A stretch of 52,440 nucleotides of DNA from Pirellulales bacterium (GTDB taxonomy: Bacteria; Planctomycetota; Planctomycetia; Pirellulales; JAICIG01), in the NCBI GenBank assembly GCA_040901675.1, contig JBBDYJ010000005.1, positions 1 through 52,440 of the forward strand. Reading direction: 5' to 3'. Positions 18,041 through 27,574 of this stretch are shown here, piece after piece. Under the pieces are notes generated by a model that saw only the letters and a list, made by a program, of their open reading frames with translations, was not told the origin of the DNA and searched no databases. The stretch's first letter is position 1. Each line of letters starts with the position of its first letter. A program made the translations under genes and the position numbers.

Positions 18041-18185
18041 TGTGTTGTCATTACAACGGCCTGGGAAGGCCGTCCTGCTAAGGTCGAGTAGGACGGGCAT
18101 CCTTGCCCGTCTGGAACGGCCTGGGAAGGCCGTCCTACATGTTTTCCCGGCCGGCCGGCGGACCTTGCGAATTCGACAGCTAGTG
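18008..18185. repeat. REP cluster bracketed by a 35-bp direct duplication
   Basis: CCGGCCGG(G/C)GGACCTTGCGAATTCGACAGCTAGTG occurs at 18008-18042 and 18151-18185. Between the copies are two AACGGCCTGGGAAGGCCGTCCT(G/A)C and one GTAGGACGGGCATCCTTGCCCGTC. Confidence 0.88.
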
Positions 18186-18283
18186 GCCGGCGCCACCGGC
18201 TTGCCCGCGATGCGTGTACATCTGTATAATTGGCCATGCCGGCGCTGGCGCCCCGCTTCGTTCTGGGTTTGGAAACGGCTCCG

Positions 18284-19372
18284 ATGACCACTTACGGCCG
18301 ACCCTCGCCGCGTGGACGCGGCTCGCACATCAATCCGCCGAACCGCTTCGAGCGCACGCACTCCGAAGCGGACTACGAGCATTTTGAATGCGATCCGAGC
18401 GAGCTGGAGCAGCTCGATCGGCCGCGGACCGAGTACTTGCCGGACGATTCGCAATCGGTGGTCACGGAGAACGACAGCCCGGACGTTCCGCTGCGGTACA
18501 GCTTGAACCCGTATCGCGGCTGCTCGCATGGCTGCAGCTATTGCTTCGCCAGGCCGACGCACGAGTACCTGGGCTTCAGCGCCGGCCTGGACTTCGAGAC
18601 GAAGGTCCTGGTCAAGCACAAGGCGCCGCTCTTGTTCCGCGAGTTCTTGTCGCGGCCGGCGTGGCGGCCGGAACCGATCATGCTCTCCGGGGTGACCGAC
18701 TGCTACCAGCCCGCCGAGCGCGAGCTGAAGCTGACGCGGCAGTGCCTGGAAGTGGCGTTGGAGGCGCGCCAGCCGATCGGCATCATCACCAAGAACGCCC
18801 TGGTGCTGCGCGACCTCGATTTGCTGAGCCAAATGGCCACCCTGGAAATCGTCCAGGTCAACCTGAGCGTGACAACCCTCGATGCAAGCCTCGGCCGGAC
18901 GATGGAGCCGCGGACCAGCGCGCCGGCGGCCCGGCTGCGGGCCATCCGCGAGCTATCGAGCGCCGGCGTACCGGTGCGTGCGCTGCTTGCGCCGATCATC
19001 CCGGGGCTGAATGACAGCGAGATACCGGCCATCCTGCAGGCGGTGCGGGAGGCGGGCGCCGGTGCGGCCGGATACGTGCTCTTGCGCCTGCCGCTCACTG
19101 TGGAGCCCGTGTTTCGCGAATGGCTGGCCCGGACCCAGCCGAACAAGTGCGAGCACGTGGAGTCGCTGATCCGCCAGACCCGCGGCGGCAAGATGAACGA
19201 GTCGCAGTGGCGGGTGCGGATGGTGGGCACCGGCCCGCTCGCCGAGCAGATCGGCAGCCTCTTCAAAGTGTTTTCGGCCCGGTACCAGCTCGACCAGGGG
19301 CTGGGCGATTTGGACTGCTCGAAGTTCCGATGCCCGCCAGCGGCCAGCGGGCAGCTTCGGCTCTTCGGATGA
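18284..19372 (+). CDS. PA0069-family radical SAM protein (spore photoproduct lyase-like)
   Basis: SLNPYRGCSHGCSYCFARPTHEYLG (CxxxCxxC), TDCYQPAER and C-terminal GQLRLF. Confidence 0.92.
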   Translation: MTTYGRPSPRGRGSHINPPNRFERTHSEADYEHFECDPSELEQLDRPRTEYLPDDSQSVVTENDSPDVPLRYSLNPYRGCSHGCSYCFARPTHEYLGFSAGLDFETKVLVKHKAPLLFREFLSRPAWRPEPIMLSGVTDCYQPAERELKLTRQCLEVALEARQPIGIITKNALVLRDLDLLSQMATLEIVQVNLSVTTLDASLGRTMEPRTSAPAARLRAIRELSSAGVPVRALLAPIIPGLNDSEIPAILQAVREAGAGAAGYVLLRLPLTVEPVFREWLARTQPNKCEHVESLIRQTRGGKMNESQWRVRMVGTGPLAEQIGSLFKVFSARYQLDQGLGDLDCSKFRCPPAASGQLRLFG

Positions 19373-19387
19373 CCCGGCCGCAAACCG

Positions 19388-20497
19388 TCACTCGAGCTCC
19401 GGCGCACGCGGGTCGGGCACGTGGGCGAGCGCCTGGTCGATGAACTCATACGCCTCTTGCCGCAGCTCGCGGGGGAAATCGTGGCCGCAGTCGGGGTACC
19501 GGATCCGCAGCCGGTCTTCCGCGCCCAACAGGGCATAGACCTCGCGGACGATCGGCTCGGCCCGCTTGACGCCCTGGTAGTCGAAGTTGTCGTCGCCCGT
19601 GGGTGAGTTGGAAAAGAATGCCCGCGGCGCCAACGCACCGGCCACTCCGTAAAAATCGAACGGCACGCGATCGGGGTCGAGCATGAACCGATCAGCGATG
19701 CGCGGCATGTAGCGGGCGCTGGTCCAGCCGGCCAGCTTGCCGCCGTAGTAATAGTGGAAGGGAGTCCAGCCGCAACTGGAGACGACCACCTTGAGCCGCT
19801 GGTCAAAGGCACCGACGAACATCGCGTTGTGGCCGCCCAGCGAGTGGCCGATTACGCCGATCCGCTGAGGATCCACCTCGGCGAGCCCCTGCAGCAGGTC
19901 GACGGAGCGCATGTGGTTGACAATCCCTTTCATCGTCCCCGACACGTAATCGTCCGCCTCAAAGTCGTAGTCCTCCAGGCCGCCGAACGTCGGATAGTCG
20001 GGCGCCAGCACCACGTAGCCCCGCTGGGCAAGTTCCAGCCCGTAGGCGCGGTTGGGTTTCTCGGCCAGGCCGGCAACCAGCCCCTTGCCCTGGGCGCCCG
20101 TCGGGTGCAGGGCCAGCATGGCAGGCCGCCGCTGCCCCTCCTCCAGGCCGCGTGGCAGGTACAAAAAGGCCGTCACGCGGTCGTCGGCCTCGACGGCGAA
20201 CGAGATTGTCTGGCGGACGAAGTTATCGCCTTCGATCTGTTCATCGACGGCGACGTGCAAGGGCCCGCTCGCGCGCTTGGGCAGTGGGCCCATGGCTTCC
20301 TGCATGCCGGCCAGGATCTCGGCCCGGCGGATCTCCCAATCGACGGCACTCTGAACCGGATGCTCGCGCCCCTCTCGATCGCGGACCACCAGCAGCCGCG
20401 CATGCGGGTTGTCCGGATCCCTCGGCTCAGCCGGCTCCTCGCCGCGAGCGGCCAGCGCACAAGCGAACAACACGAAGGCGAACAAGGCGCGGATCAT
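19388..20497 (-). CDS. Secreted alpha/beta hydrolase (dienelactone hydrolase/esterase-like)
   Basis: Signal peptide MIRALFAFVLFACALAARG, nucleophile elbow GHSLGG and catalytic His in GHDFP. Confidence 0.85.
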   Translation of the reverse strand: MIRALFAFVLFACALAARGEEPAEPRDPDNPHARLLVVRDREGREHPVQSAVDWEIRRAEILAGMQEAMGPLPKRASGPLHVAVDEQIEGDNFVRQTISFAVEADDRVTAFLYLPRGLEEGQRRPAMLALHPTGAQGKGLVAGLAEKPNRAYGLELAQRGYVVLAPDYPTFGGLEDYDFEADDYVSGTMKGIVNHMRSVDLLQGLAEVDPQRIGVIGHSLGGHNAMFVGAFDQRLKVVVSSCGWTPFHYYYGGKLAGWTSARYMPRIADRFMLDPDRVPFDFYGVAGALAPRAFFSNSPTGDDNFDYQGVKRAEPIVREVYALLGAEDRLRIRYPDCGHDFPRELRQEAYEFIDQALAHVPDPRAPELE

Positions 20498-20579
20498 GGC
20501 GGTACTCCGAGGTGGCAACGGTGGCTCGCACCATGATAACTGGCACGTCGGCCAAAAGAAGCCACTGGGCAGGTTGGTT

Positions 20580-22880
20580 CTAGCTGGAACCAGCCCGCAC
20601 GGCCTGGGCAGCGGCCACCATCGCTTCCAGGGCGGGGATCACTTCCTGCCAGCGGCGGGTCTTGAGGCCGCAGTCCGGGTTGACCCAGAGACGCTCGGCG
20701 TCGATGCACGAACAGGCCCGGCGGAGCAGCTCTTCCATCTCGGCGCGGCTGGGGATCCGCGGCGAATGGATGTCGTAGATGCCCGGGCCGATCTCGTTGG
20801 GATAGCCGCGGGCGCGGAAGGTGTCGAGCAGCTCCATCCGCGACCGGGCGGTCTCGATCGACAGCACGTCGGCGTCCAGCTCGACGATCGCGTCGAAAAT
20901 GTCGGCAAACTGGGCGTAGCACATGTGCGTGTGGATCTGCGTCTCGTCGCGGACGGCCGACGCCGCCAGGCGAAAGGCATCGACCGCCCAGCGGAGATAC
21001 GTGGGCCAGTCGGCCCGCCGCAAGGGCAGCCCCTCGCGCAAGGCCGGCTCGTCGATCTGGATGATGCCGATGCCGGCCGCCTCCAGCTCAAGCACTTCGT
21101 CGCGCAATGCCAGGGCGATCTGCCGGCAGGTGAGATCGAGCGGCTGATCGTCGCGCACGAACGACCACTTGAGCATGGTTACGGGCCCGGTGAGCATCCC
21201 CTTCACCGGCCGCGAGCTGAGCGATTGGGCATAGCTGGACCACCCGACCGTCATGGCCTGGCCGCGTGCCACGTCGCCAAACAGGATGGGCGGCTTGACG
21301 CAGCGCGAGCCATAGCTCTGCACCCAGCCGTTGCGGGTGATTGCATAGCCGTCGAGCTGCTCGGCGAAGTATTCGACCATGTCGTTGCGTTCGCATTCGC
21401 CGTGGACCAGCACGTCCAGGCCGATCTGCTCCTGGGCCCGGACGGTACGCGCGATCTGGGCGCGGCAAAACGACTCATAGTCAGACGGGCTGGCACGGCC
21501 GGCCTTGAAGTCGGCCCGTGCCTTGCGGACGTCGGGCGTCTGCGGAAAGGAGCCGATCGTGGTGGTCGGTAGTCTCGGCAGTCCCAACCGCTTTCGCTGA
21601 GCATCAGTCCGTTGGGGATAATCGCTGTGCCGCTCGAGCATCGAGGGATCGACCGTGGACAGCCGCGCGGCGACCTCGGGCTTGTGGATCCGTGGCGAGC
21701 GGCGGTCCGCCAGGGCCTGCCGGCTGGCCGACAGCTCTTGTTCGACGGCAGTGAGGCCTTCGTTGGCGGCCCTGGCCAGCAGGCTCAACTCGGCCAGTTT
21801 CTGGCAGGCAAACGCGAGCCAGCCACGCAGCTCACCGTCGAGGTGCGTCTCCTGTTCCAGGTCGATCGGCACGTGCAACAGCGAGCACGAAGGGGCAACC
21901 TCGACACGATCGCTGCCCACCGCGTCCACCGCCTGCTCGACGAGCGCCAACGCCCGGTCGAGATCGGTGCGCCAGACATTGCGTCCATCGACCACTCCCA
22001 GTGAGAGGGTCGTCGAAGAGGGTACGAGCGGCAGCGCCTCGGCCAGTTGCCCGGGAGCTCGGACCAGGTCGAGGTGCAATCCTCGCATGCCCAACGACAG
22101 GGCGAGCGGCAAATTATCGCCCAGTCCGCCGAAATAGCTCGCCAGCATCAGGCTCAGACCCCAGCTCGCGTGGTTCAGCCGGTGATAGGCGTGAGAAAAG
22201 GCCTGTCGGGTTTCTTCGGTCAGATCCAAGGCCAGGCACGGTTCGTCGAGCTGCACCCAGGCTGCTCCCGCGGCCGCCAGCCGCGCGAGCAGCTCCTCGT
22301 AAACCCTCAGCAGGCCATCGAGGAGTGAGAGCGGGCCGGCCTGGCCGCCCGGCATCTTTCCCAAGAGCAAGAACGAGACCGGGCCGAGCAGCACCACCCG
22401 TCCGGCGACGCCGAGCTGGCGCGCCTCGACCAGCTCGTCGATCGGCTTGTTCGAAGCAAGGCTGAATCGCTGGCCAGGCTCGAACTCGGGCACGATGTAG
22501 TGATAGTTGGTATCGAACCACTTGGTCATCTCAATGGCCGGCACTTCGGCCGCGGCGTTCGGGCCGGCCGCCCCTGCCAGCCCGCGGGCCATGGCAAAGT
22601 AAGTATCCAGTTCAGCCGCCCCGGTCCCGGCATAGCGGCGAGGCACGGCGCCGACCAGCGCGGACGTATCCAGCACGTGGTCGTACAAGGAAAAGTCGTT
22701 GACCGGTATCCGCTCGATGCCCAGTTCCTGTTGCAGCCGCCAGTGCTCTGCCCGCAGGTGGCGGCATTGTGACAGCAGCGCTTCGGCGGATATCGCGCCG
22801 GACCAGTACTGCTCGAGCGCCTTTTTCAGTTCGCGATTGCGCCCGATGCGCGGGAACCCCAGGTTGGCCGCCACGACCAT
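20580..22880 (-). CDS. metE: Cobalamin-independent methionine synthase
   Basis: LGFPRIG..RELKKALE, EMTKWFDTNYHY, PTTTIGSFPQT, HTHMCY and WVNPDCGLKTR. Confidence 0.97.
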   Translation of the reverse strand: MVVAANLGFPRIGRNRELKKALEQYWSGAISAEALLSQCRHLRAEHWRLQQELGIERIPVNDFSLYDHVLDTSALVGAVPRRYAGTGAAELDTYFAMARGLAGAAGPNAAAEVPAIEMTKWFDTNYHYIVPEFEPGQRFSLASNKPIDELVEARQLGVAGRVVLLGPVSFLLLGKMPGGQAGPLSLLDGLLRVYEELLARLAAAGAAWVQLDEPCLALDLTEETRQAFSHAYHRLNHASWGLSLMLASYFGGLGDNLPLALSLGMRGLHLDLVRAPGQLAEALPLVPSSTTLSLGVVDGRNVWRTDLDRALALVEQAVDAVGSDRVEVAPSCSLLHVPIDLEQETHLDGELRGWLAFACQKLAELSLLARAANEGLTAVEQELSASRQALADRRSPRIHKPEVAARLSTVDPSMLERHSDYPQRTDAQRKRLGLPRLPTTTIGSFPQTPDVRKARADFKAGRASPSDYESFCRAQIARTVRAQEQIGLDVLVHGECERNDMVEYFAEQLDGYAITRNGWVQSYGSRCVKPPILFGDVARGQAMTVGWSSYAQSLSSRPVKGMLTGPVTMLKWSFVRDDQPLDLTCRQIALALRDEVLELEAAGIGIIQIDEPALREGLPLRRADWPTYLRWAVDAFRLAASAVRDETQIHTHMCYAQFADIFDAIVELDADVLSIETARSRMELLDTFRARGYPNEIGPGIYDIHSPRIPSRAEMEELLRRACSCIDAERLWVNPDCGLKTRRWQEVIPALEAMVAAAQAVRAGSS

Positions 22881-22934
22881 GAATGAACTCCCCCCAGTCA
22901 GATGCTCGACAACTCCAGGTGAATCACGGGCCGC

Positions 22935-23990
22935 TCAATTGTCCCAATCGAGCAAGCCGCCGCTTTGATACTCGACAACGCGAGTCTCGAAAAAGTTCTT
23001 CTCTTTTTTCAAATCGATGGTTTCGCTCATCCAGCCGAACGGGTTGGCGCAGCCGTAGCGGGCCGGCAGGGCGATCCGCTCCAGCCGGCGGTCGGCCACG
23101 TAGCGGACGTAGTCGCGGAACAGCCCGGCCGTGAGCCCCAGGATCCCGCGGGGCAGGCAGTCCTCGGCATAGGCCGTTTCGAGCTCGACGGCCTGGTCGA
23201 TCTTGTCGATGATCCGCTGTTCGAAGTCGGCGGTCCACAGCTCCGGGTTTTCCTGGCGGATGCCGTTGATCAGGTCGATGCCAAAGCTGAGGTGCGTCGA
23301 CTCGTCGCGGAGGATGTACTGAAACTGCTGGCCGATGCCCGTCATCCGGTTCTGGCGGTGCAACGAGAGCATCATGGCGAAGCCCGAATAGAAAAACAGC
23401 CCTTCCATGATCACGTAGTATCCGATCAGGTTGTCCAGGAACTGCTGGGCCCCGGCGAACGAGTCGGTGCCGAAGTCGGGCATGAGCACGGCCTCGGTCA
23501 GCCGCATGGTGAAGTTGTCCTTGTCGTGGATGGTATTCACCGCGCGGTGCATGGCGAAAACTTCGCCCCCATCGAGACCCAGGCTTTCGACGATGTAGTG
23601 GAAGGCGTGCGTGTGAATGGCCTCCTCGAACGCCTGCCGCAGCAGGTACTGGCGGCACTCCGGATTGGTGATGTGCTTGAACACCGCCAGCACGATGTTG
23701 TTTCCCACCAGGCTTTCGGCCGTGGAGAAAAACCCCAGGTTCCGCAGCACGACCGTCCGCTCGTCGTCCGACAGGCCGTGCGGACTTTTCCACAGTGCCA
23801 GGTCGCGGTCCATGGGCACCTCCTGGGGCAGCCAGTTGTTCTGGCAGCCGTTCAGGTAGTGCTCCCAGGCCCAGTGATACTTGAGGGGCATCAACTGGTT
23901 GACGGCCACCTGCCGGTCGTTGAGCAGGCGTTTGGAACCAGGCTGGCGGGCGAACGAAACTCGGGCGGGAAGGCTGTGGGCGGTAGTCAT
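22935..23990 (-). CDS. nrdB: Ribonucleotide reductase beta subunit, class Ic (Mn/Fe)-type signature
   Basis: [39 protein letters not shown] and [13 protein letters not shown]. Confidence 0.95.
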   Translation of the reverse strand: MTTAHSLPARVSFARQPGSKRLLNDRQVAVNQLMPLKYHWAWEHYLNGCQNNWLPQEVPMDRDLALWKSPHGLSDDERTVVLRNLGFFSTAESLVGNNIVLAVFKHITNPECRQYLLRQAFEEAIHTHAFHYIVESLGLDGGEVFAMHRAVNTIHDKDNFTMRLTEAVLMPDFGTDSFAGAQQFLDNLIGYYVIMEGLFFYSGFAMMLSLHRQNRMTGIGQQFQYILRDESTHLSFGIDLINGIRQENPELWTADFEQRIIDKIDQAVELETAYAEDCLPRGILGLTAGLFRDYVRYVADRRLERIALPARYGCANPFGWMSETIDLKKEKNFFETRVVEYQSGGLLDWDN

Positions 23991-24005
23991 GCGATTCCTT
24001 TCGGT

Positions 24006-26963
24006 TTACTGGCAACTTTCACACTCGGCGTCGACCTGGCATTGCCTGGCCCGGTCCGCCACGAGATCGTCCACGTCGGCACGCGTCGCATCGCCGCCGG
24101 CTTCAAGCCGGCTCAGACGCTCGGGCACAATCGAAGCCGAGGCGCTGGACGACTTCATCCAGCGCGGCTGGATGCCGTGCCGGTTCACGTCGAGCGTCGA
24201 CTTCTCGATCCCGGCGGCCCCATGGCTGCGCAGGTAATACGTGGTCTTCAGGCCCTTTCTCCAGGCCGACAGATACATCTCGCTGAGCTGCTTGCCGCTG
24301 GGTTGGGAGATATACAGGTTGAGCGACTGCGACTGGTCGATCCATTTCTGCCGCCGGCTGGCGGCCTCGATCAGCCAGGATGGCTCGATCTCGAAAGCGG
24401 TGGCATACAGGCGCTTCAGGTCGTCCGGCACCCGCTCGATGCTCGCCACGCTGCCATCGAAGTACTTGAGGTCGTTGAGCATCGTTTCGTCCCAGAGCCC
24501 GCGTTGTTTCAGGTCGGCGACCAGGTAGGGATTGACCACGGTGAACTCGCCGGACAAGTTCGACTTGACGTACAAGTTCTCATACGTTGGCTCGGTCGAC
24601 TGGCTCACGCCGCAGATGTTGGAGATCGTGGCGGTCGGGGCGATGGCCAGGCAGTTCGAGTTGCGCATGCCGACGGTGGCCACCCGCTGCCGCAGCGCGT
24701 CCCAGTCGAGCGTCGCCGACCGGTCGACCTCCAAGGAGCCGCCGCGGGCCTGGGCCAGGAGCTCGATCGTGTCGAGCGGCACGAGGCCCCGGCTCCACGA
24801 CGAACCTTCAAAGCTCGGATAACGTCCCCGCTCCTGGGCCAACCCGCTCGACGCCTGGATCGCGGAGTAACTGAGGGCCTCCATGGTGTGGTCGGCCCAC
24901 TCGACCGCTTCGTTCGAGGCATAGGGCACCCGAAGCACGTGCAGCAAGTCCTGGAAACCCATCACGCCCAGTCCCACCGGCCGGTGCCGCAGGTTCGAGC
25001 GGCGGGCCTGGGGCACGCCGTAGTAGTTCAGGTCGATCACGTTGTCCAGCATCCGCATGGCGGTGCAAACCGTGTCGTGGAGCAGCTCGTGATCGAGCCG
25101 GCCGTCGGCCAGGTGCGCCGGCAGATTGACCGACCCCAGGTTGCAGACGGCGATTTCGTCGTCAGCGGTGTTCAGCGTGATTTCGGTGCAGAGATTCGAG
25201 CTATGAACGACGCCTGCGTGCTGCTGTGGCGAGCGAAGGTTGCAGGCGTCCTTGAAAGTGAGCCAGGGGTGGCCCGTCTCGAACAGCATGGTCAGCATTT
25301 TGCGCCACAGCACGACCGCCTCCACGCGCTTGAACAGTCGCAGCTCGCCGCGATCGGCCCGCGCTTCGTGCCGGCAGTACGCCTCCGCGAAGGCCGGCCC
25401 GTGCAGATCCGGCAGATCGGGCACGTCGTCGGGCGAAAACAACGTCCACTGTCCCCCATCCAGAACGCGCTCGATGAACAGGTCGGGAATCCAGTTGGCC
25501 GTGTGCATATCCTGCGTTCGCCGCCGCTCGTCGCCGGTGTTCTTGCGCAGCTCGAGAAACTCCTCGATGTCCAAGTGCCACGTTTCGAGATAAGCGCAGA
25601 CGGCTCCCTTGCGCTTGCCCCCCTGGTTGACCGCCACGGCGGTGTCGTTGGCGACTTTCAAGAACGGCACCACACCCTGCGACTTGCCGTTGGTCCCCTT
25701 GATGGGGGCGCCCAGCGCCCGCACGCGAGTCCAGTCGTTTCCCAGGCCGCCGGCGAACTTGGACAACAGGGCATTGTCGCGCAGCGCGCTGTAGATTCCG
25801 TCGAGCCGGTCGGGAACCGTGGTGAGATAGCAGCTTGAGAGCTGCGGCCGCAAGGTGCCGGAGTTGAACAGCGTGGGGGTCGAGCTCATGAAGCGGAAGC
25901 TCGACAACAGCTTGTAAAACTGGATGGCCCGCGCCTCGCGATCGATCTCGCCTAGCGCCAGCCCCATGGCCACCCGCATGAACAGGGCCTGCGGCAGCTC
26001 GAAGCGGCGCTCGTCGCGGTGCAGCAGGTAGCGGTCGTACAGCGTTTGCAGGCCCAAGTACGAGAAGCTCCGGTCGGCATCGGCGTCCAGAGCGGCGGCC
26101 AGCAGCTCCAGGTCGAACTGCTCCAGGCGGGAGTCGAGCAGCTCCCACTCCACGGCTCGCCGTACGTAGGCGGGAAAATACTCCGCGTAGCTCGTCAGGC
26201 CGGAACCCTGGGCACCGCCGGGCATGACGAGCCCCAGCGCCTCCAGGCGGAGATTGTCCAACAGCAACCGGGCGGCCACATAGGTGTAGTTGGGCTCGCG
26301 CTCCACGAGCGAACGGGCGGCCAGCACCAGCGAGCGGCGGACGTCGTCCTCGCCGACACCGTCGAACAGATTGCGGCGCACCTCCTTGAGCACGTCGGCG
26401 GCCGCCACGTCGGCGAGGCCTACGCAGGCTTCGGCCACCTGCCGCTCGAGCTGGGCGAGGTCGAGGGGCTGCCGGCTGCCATCGCCACGGGTCACGTGCA
26501 GCAACGGTCCGCTGGGCACCTCGATCGCACGGAGGCGGGCCCGATCCTCGCGATACAGGACGTAGGCCCGTGCCACCTTGTGCTCGCCGGCCCGCATCAG
26601 AGCCAGCTCGACCTGGTCCTGGATGTCTTCGATGTGCAGCGTGCCGCCGTCCGGGTGGCGGCGGGTCAACGACTCGACCGCCTGCCCGGTCAGCCGGGCC
26701 ACGGTCTGCCGGATGCGCGGCGAGTCGCCGGCTGCGGTGACCGCCGGAGCTTCGGACGCCGGCGATTCGACCGCCAGAAAGGCCTTGGTCATGGCAGCCG
26801 CAATCTTGGCCGGGTCGAAGGGGGTCAATTGGCCGTTGCGGCGGATGACGCGAAAGGCGGTCCAGCGGTTCGGCTCCCTGCCCGCGTCGGGTTGGCCAGG
26901 AGACATCGCGGCAGCCGCTAGTTCCCAGTCCGGCCGTCGGTTTTCAACAACAGCGTTGGTCAT
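24006..26963 (-). CDS. nrdA: Ribonucleotide reductase alpha subunit with two N-terminal ATP cones
   Basis: Two ATP-cone motifs (VIRRNG.., VTRGDG..), STPTLFNSG..LSSC, SNLCTEI, KTTYYLRS and C-terminal CESCQ. RBS AAGGAG precedes the ATG at 26963. Confidence 0.96.
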   Translation of the reverse strand: MTNAVVENRRPDWELAAAAMSPGQPDAGREPNRWTAFRVIRRNGQLTPFDPAKIAAAMTKAFLAVESPASEAPAVTAAGDSPRIRQTVARLTGQAVESLTRRHPDGGTLHIEDIQDQVELALMRAGEHKVARAYVLYREDRARLRAIEVPSGPLLHVTRGDGSRQPLDLAQLERQVAEACVGLADVAAADVLKEVRRNLFDGVGEDDVRRSLVLAARSLVEREPNYTYVAARLLLDNLRLEALGLVMPGGAQGSGLTSYAEYFPAYVRRAVEWELLDSRLEQFDLELLAAALDADADRSFSYLGLQTLYDRYLLHRDERRFELPQALFMRVAMGLALGEIDREARAIQFYKLLSSFRFMSSTPTLFNSGTLRPQLSSCYLTTVPDRLDGIYSALRDNALLSKFAGGLGNDWTRVRALGAPIKGTNGKSQGVVPFLKVANDTAVAVNQGGKRKGAVCAYLETWHLDIEEFLELRKNTGDERRRTQDMHTANWIPDLFIERVLDGGQWTLFSPDDVPDLPDLHGPAFAEAYCRHEARADRGELRLFKRVEAVVLWRKMLTMLFETGHPWLTFKDACNLRSPQQHAGVVHSSNLCTEITLNTADDEIAVCNLGSVNLPAHLADGRLDHELLHDTVCTAMRMLDNVIDLNYYGVPQARRSNLRHRPVGLGVMGFQDLLHVLRVPYASNEAVEWADHTMEALSYSAIQASSGLAQERGRYPSFEGSSWSRGLVPLDTIELLAQARGGSLEVDRSATLDWDALRQRVATVGMRNSNCLAIAPTATISNICGVSQSTEPTYENLYVKSNLSGEFTVVNPYLVADLKQRGLWDETMLNDLKYFDGSVASIERVPDDLKRLYATAFEIEPSWLIEAASRRQKWIDQSQSLNLYISQPSGKQLSEMYLSAWRKGLKTTYYLRSHGAAGIEKSTLDVNRHGIQPRWMKSSSASASIVPERLSRLEAGGDATRADVDDLVADRARQCQVDAECESCQ

Positions 26964-27171
26964 CGTTGGCTCCTTCCGTATCAAGGGCAATCCAATCGGC
27001 TCCGCGGCGGCGCACGGCCTCGCCCCGGCGCGCGACAATCTGCTGCGCGCCACCAGCGTCTGGCGACTCACGCAAGTACAAGGCGGCTAGTCAGCGACTC
27101 GATTGGCGGCCGGTCCACCGGTCGCCATCAGTCGGGCAGCAACTGCGTCCCTCGCGCACTTGATGCCTGCA

Positions 27172-27385
27172 TCGCGCTGGTAGGTCTTCTGACTTTCGGA
27201 CTTCGACCCTACCCGGCCTTCTCGTCCTGCCGCCCCTGGATCAGAGGAGGCCTGACAATGGCGAAAAAGATGGGTTGGCCTTTCTTGCAGCGTCCGATTT
27301 ACAGCGGCGGGGCCGTCCCGGAATTGCACCGGAGTTCCCTGTTCGCCGGACCGCGCGAGGCGCGTGCCGGCCACCAACGCACTGG
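27172..27385 (-). ncRNA. Cobalamin (B12) riboswitch
   Basis: The - strand reads AACAGGGAACTCCGGTGCAATTCCGGGACGGCCCCGCCGCTGTAA...GCCATTG...GAGAAGG...AGTCAGAAGACCTACC, with closing stem GCGTTGGT/ACCAGCGC. It lies upstream of B12-independent enzymes. Confidence 0.92.
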
Positions 27386-27391
27386 GGGCGT

Positions 27392-27420
27392 AAGGTAGCA
27401 AGACCGTGACGCGCTGTCAA
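27392..27420 (-). promoter_or_regulatory. Sigma-70 promoter of the riboswitch-nrdAB-metE operon
   Basis: TTGACA-N17-TACCTT with a TGn extended -10, immediately 5' of the riboswitch. Confidence 0.7.
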
Positions 27421-27484
27421 ACAAATCGCTCATGCGGCTGTTTCACGCACGCTTCAGCAGCGGCAAGCATCGCTGCCGCGCAAG

Positions 27485-27516
27485 AAAAAAGCCGGGCGGG
27501 ATAACCCGCCCGGCTT
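27485..27516 (-). terminator. Rho-independent terminator of the sigma-70 gene
   Basis: GCCGGGCGGG-TTAT-CCCGCCCGGC followed by TTTTTT on the - strand. Confidence 0.85.
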
Positions 27517-27574
27517 GCCAACGCCGGTCACGCTTTTTTTGAACTCCGGCAAACTCCAGCTACGTTTTACCCTC

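Noticed and set aside
22965..25838. 957-aa + strand ORF and similar long ORFs (699-2903, 8792-10621, 11540-13234, 31071-33914, 34239-36428)
   Set aside because: These are antisense shadows of well-supported genes, expected with high-GC codon bias, and carry no recognisable motifs.
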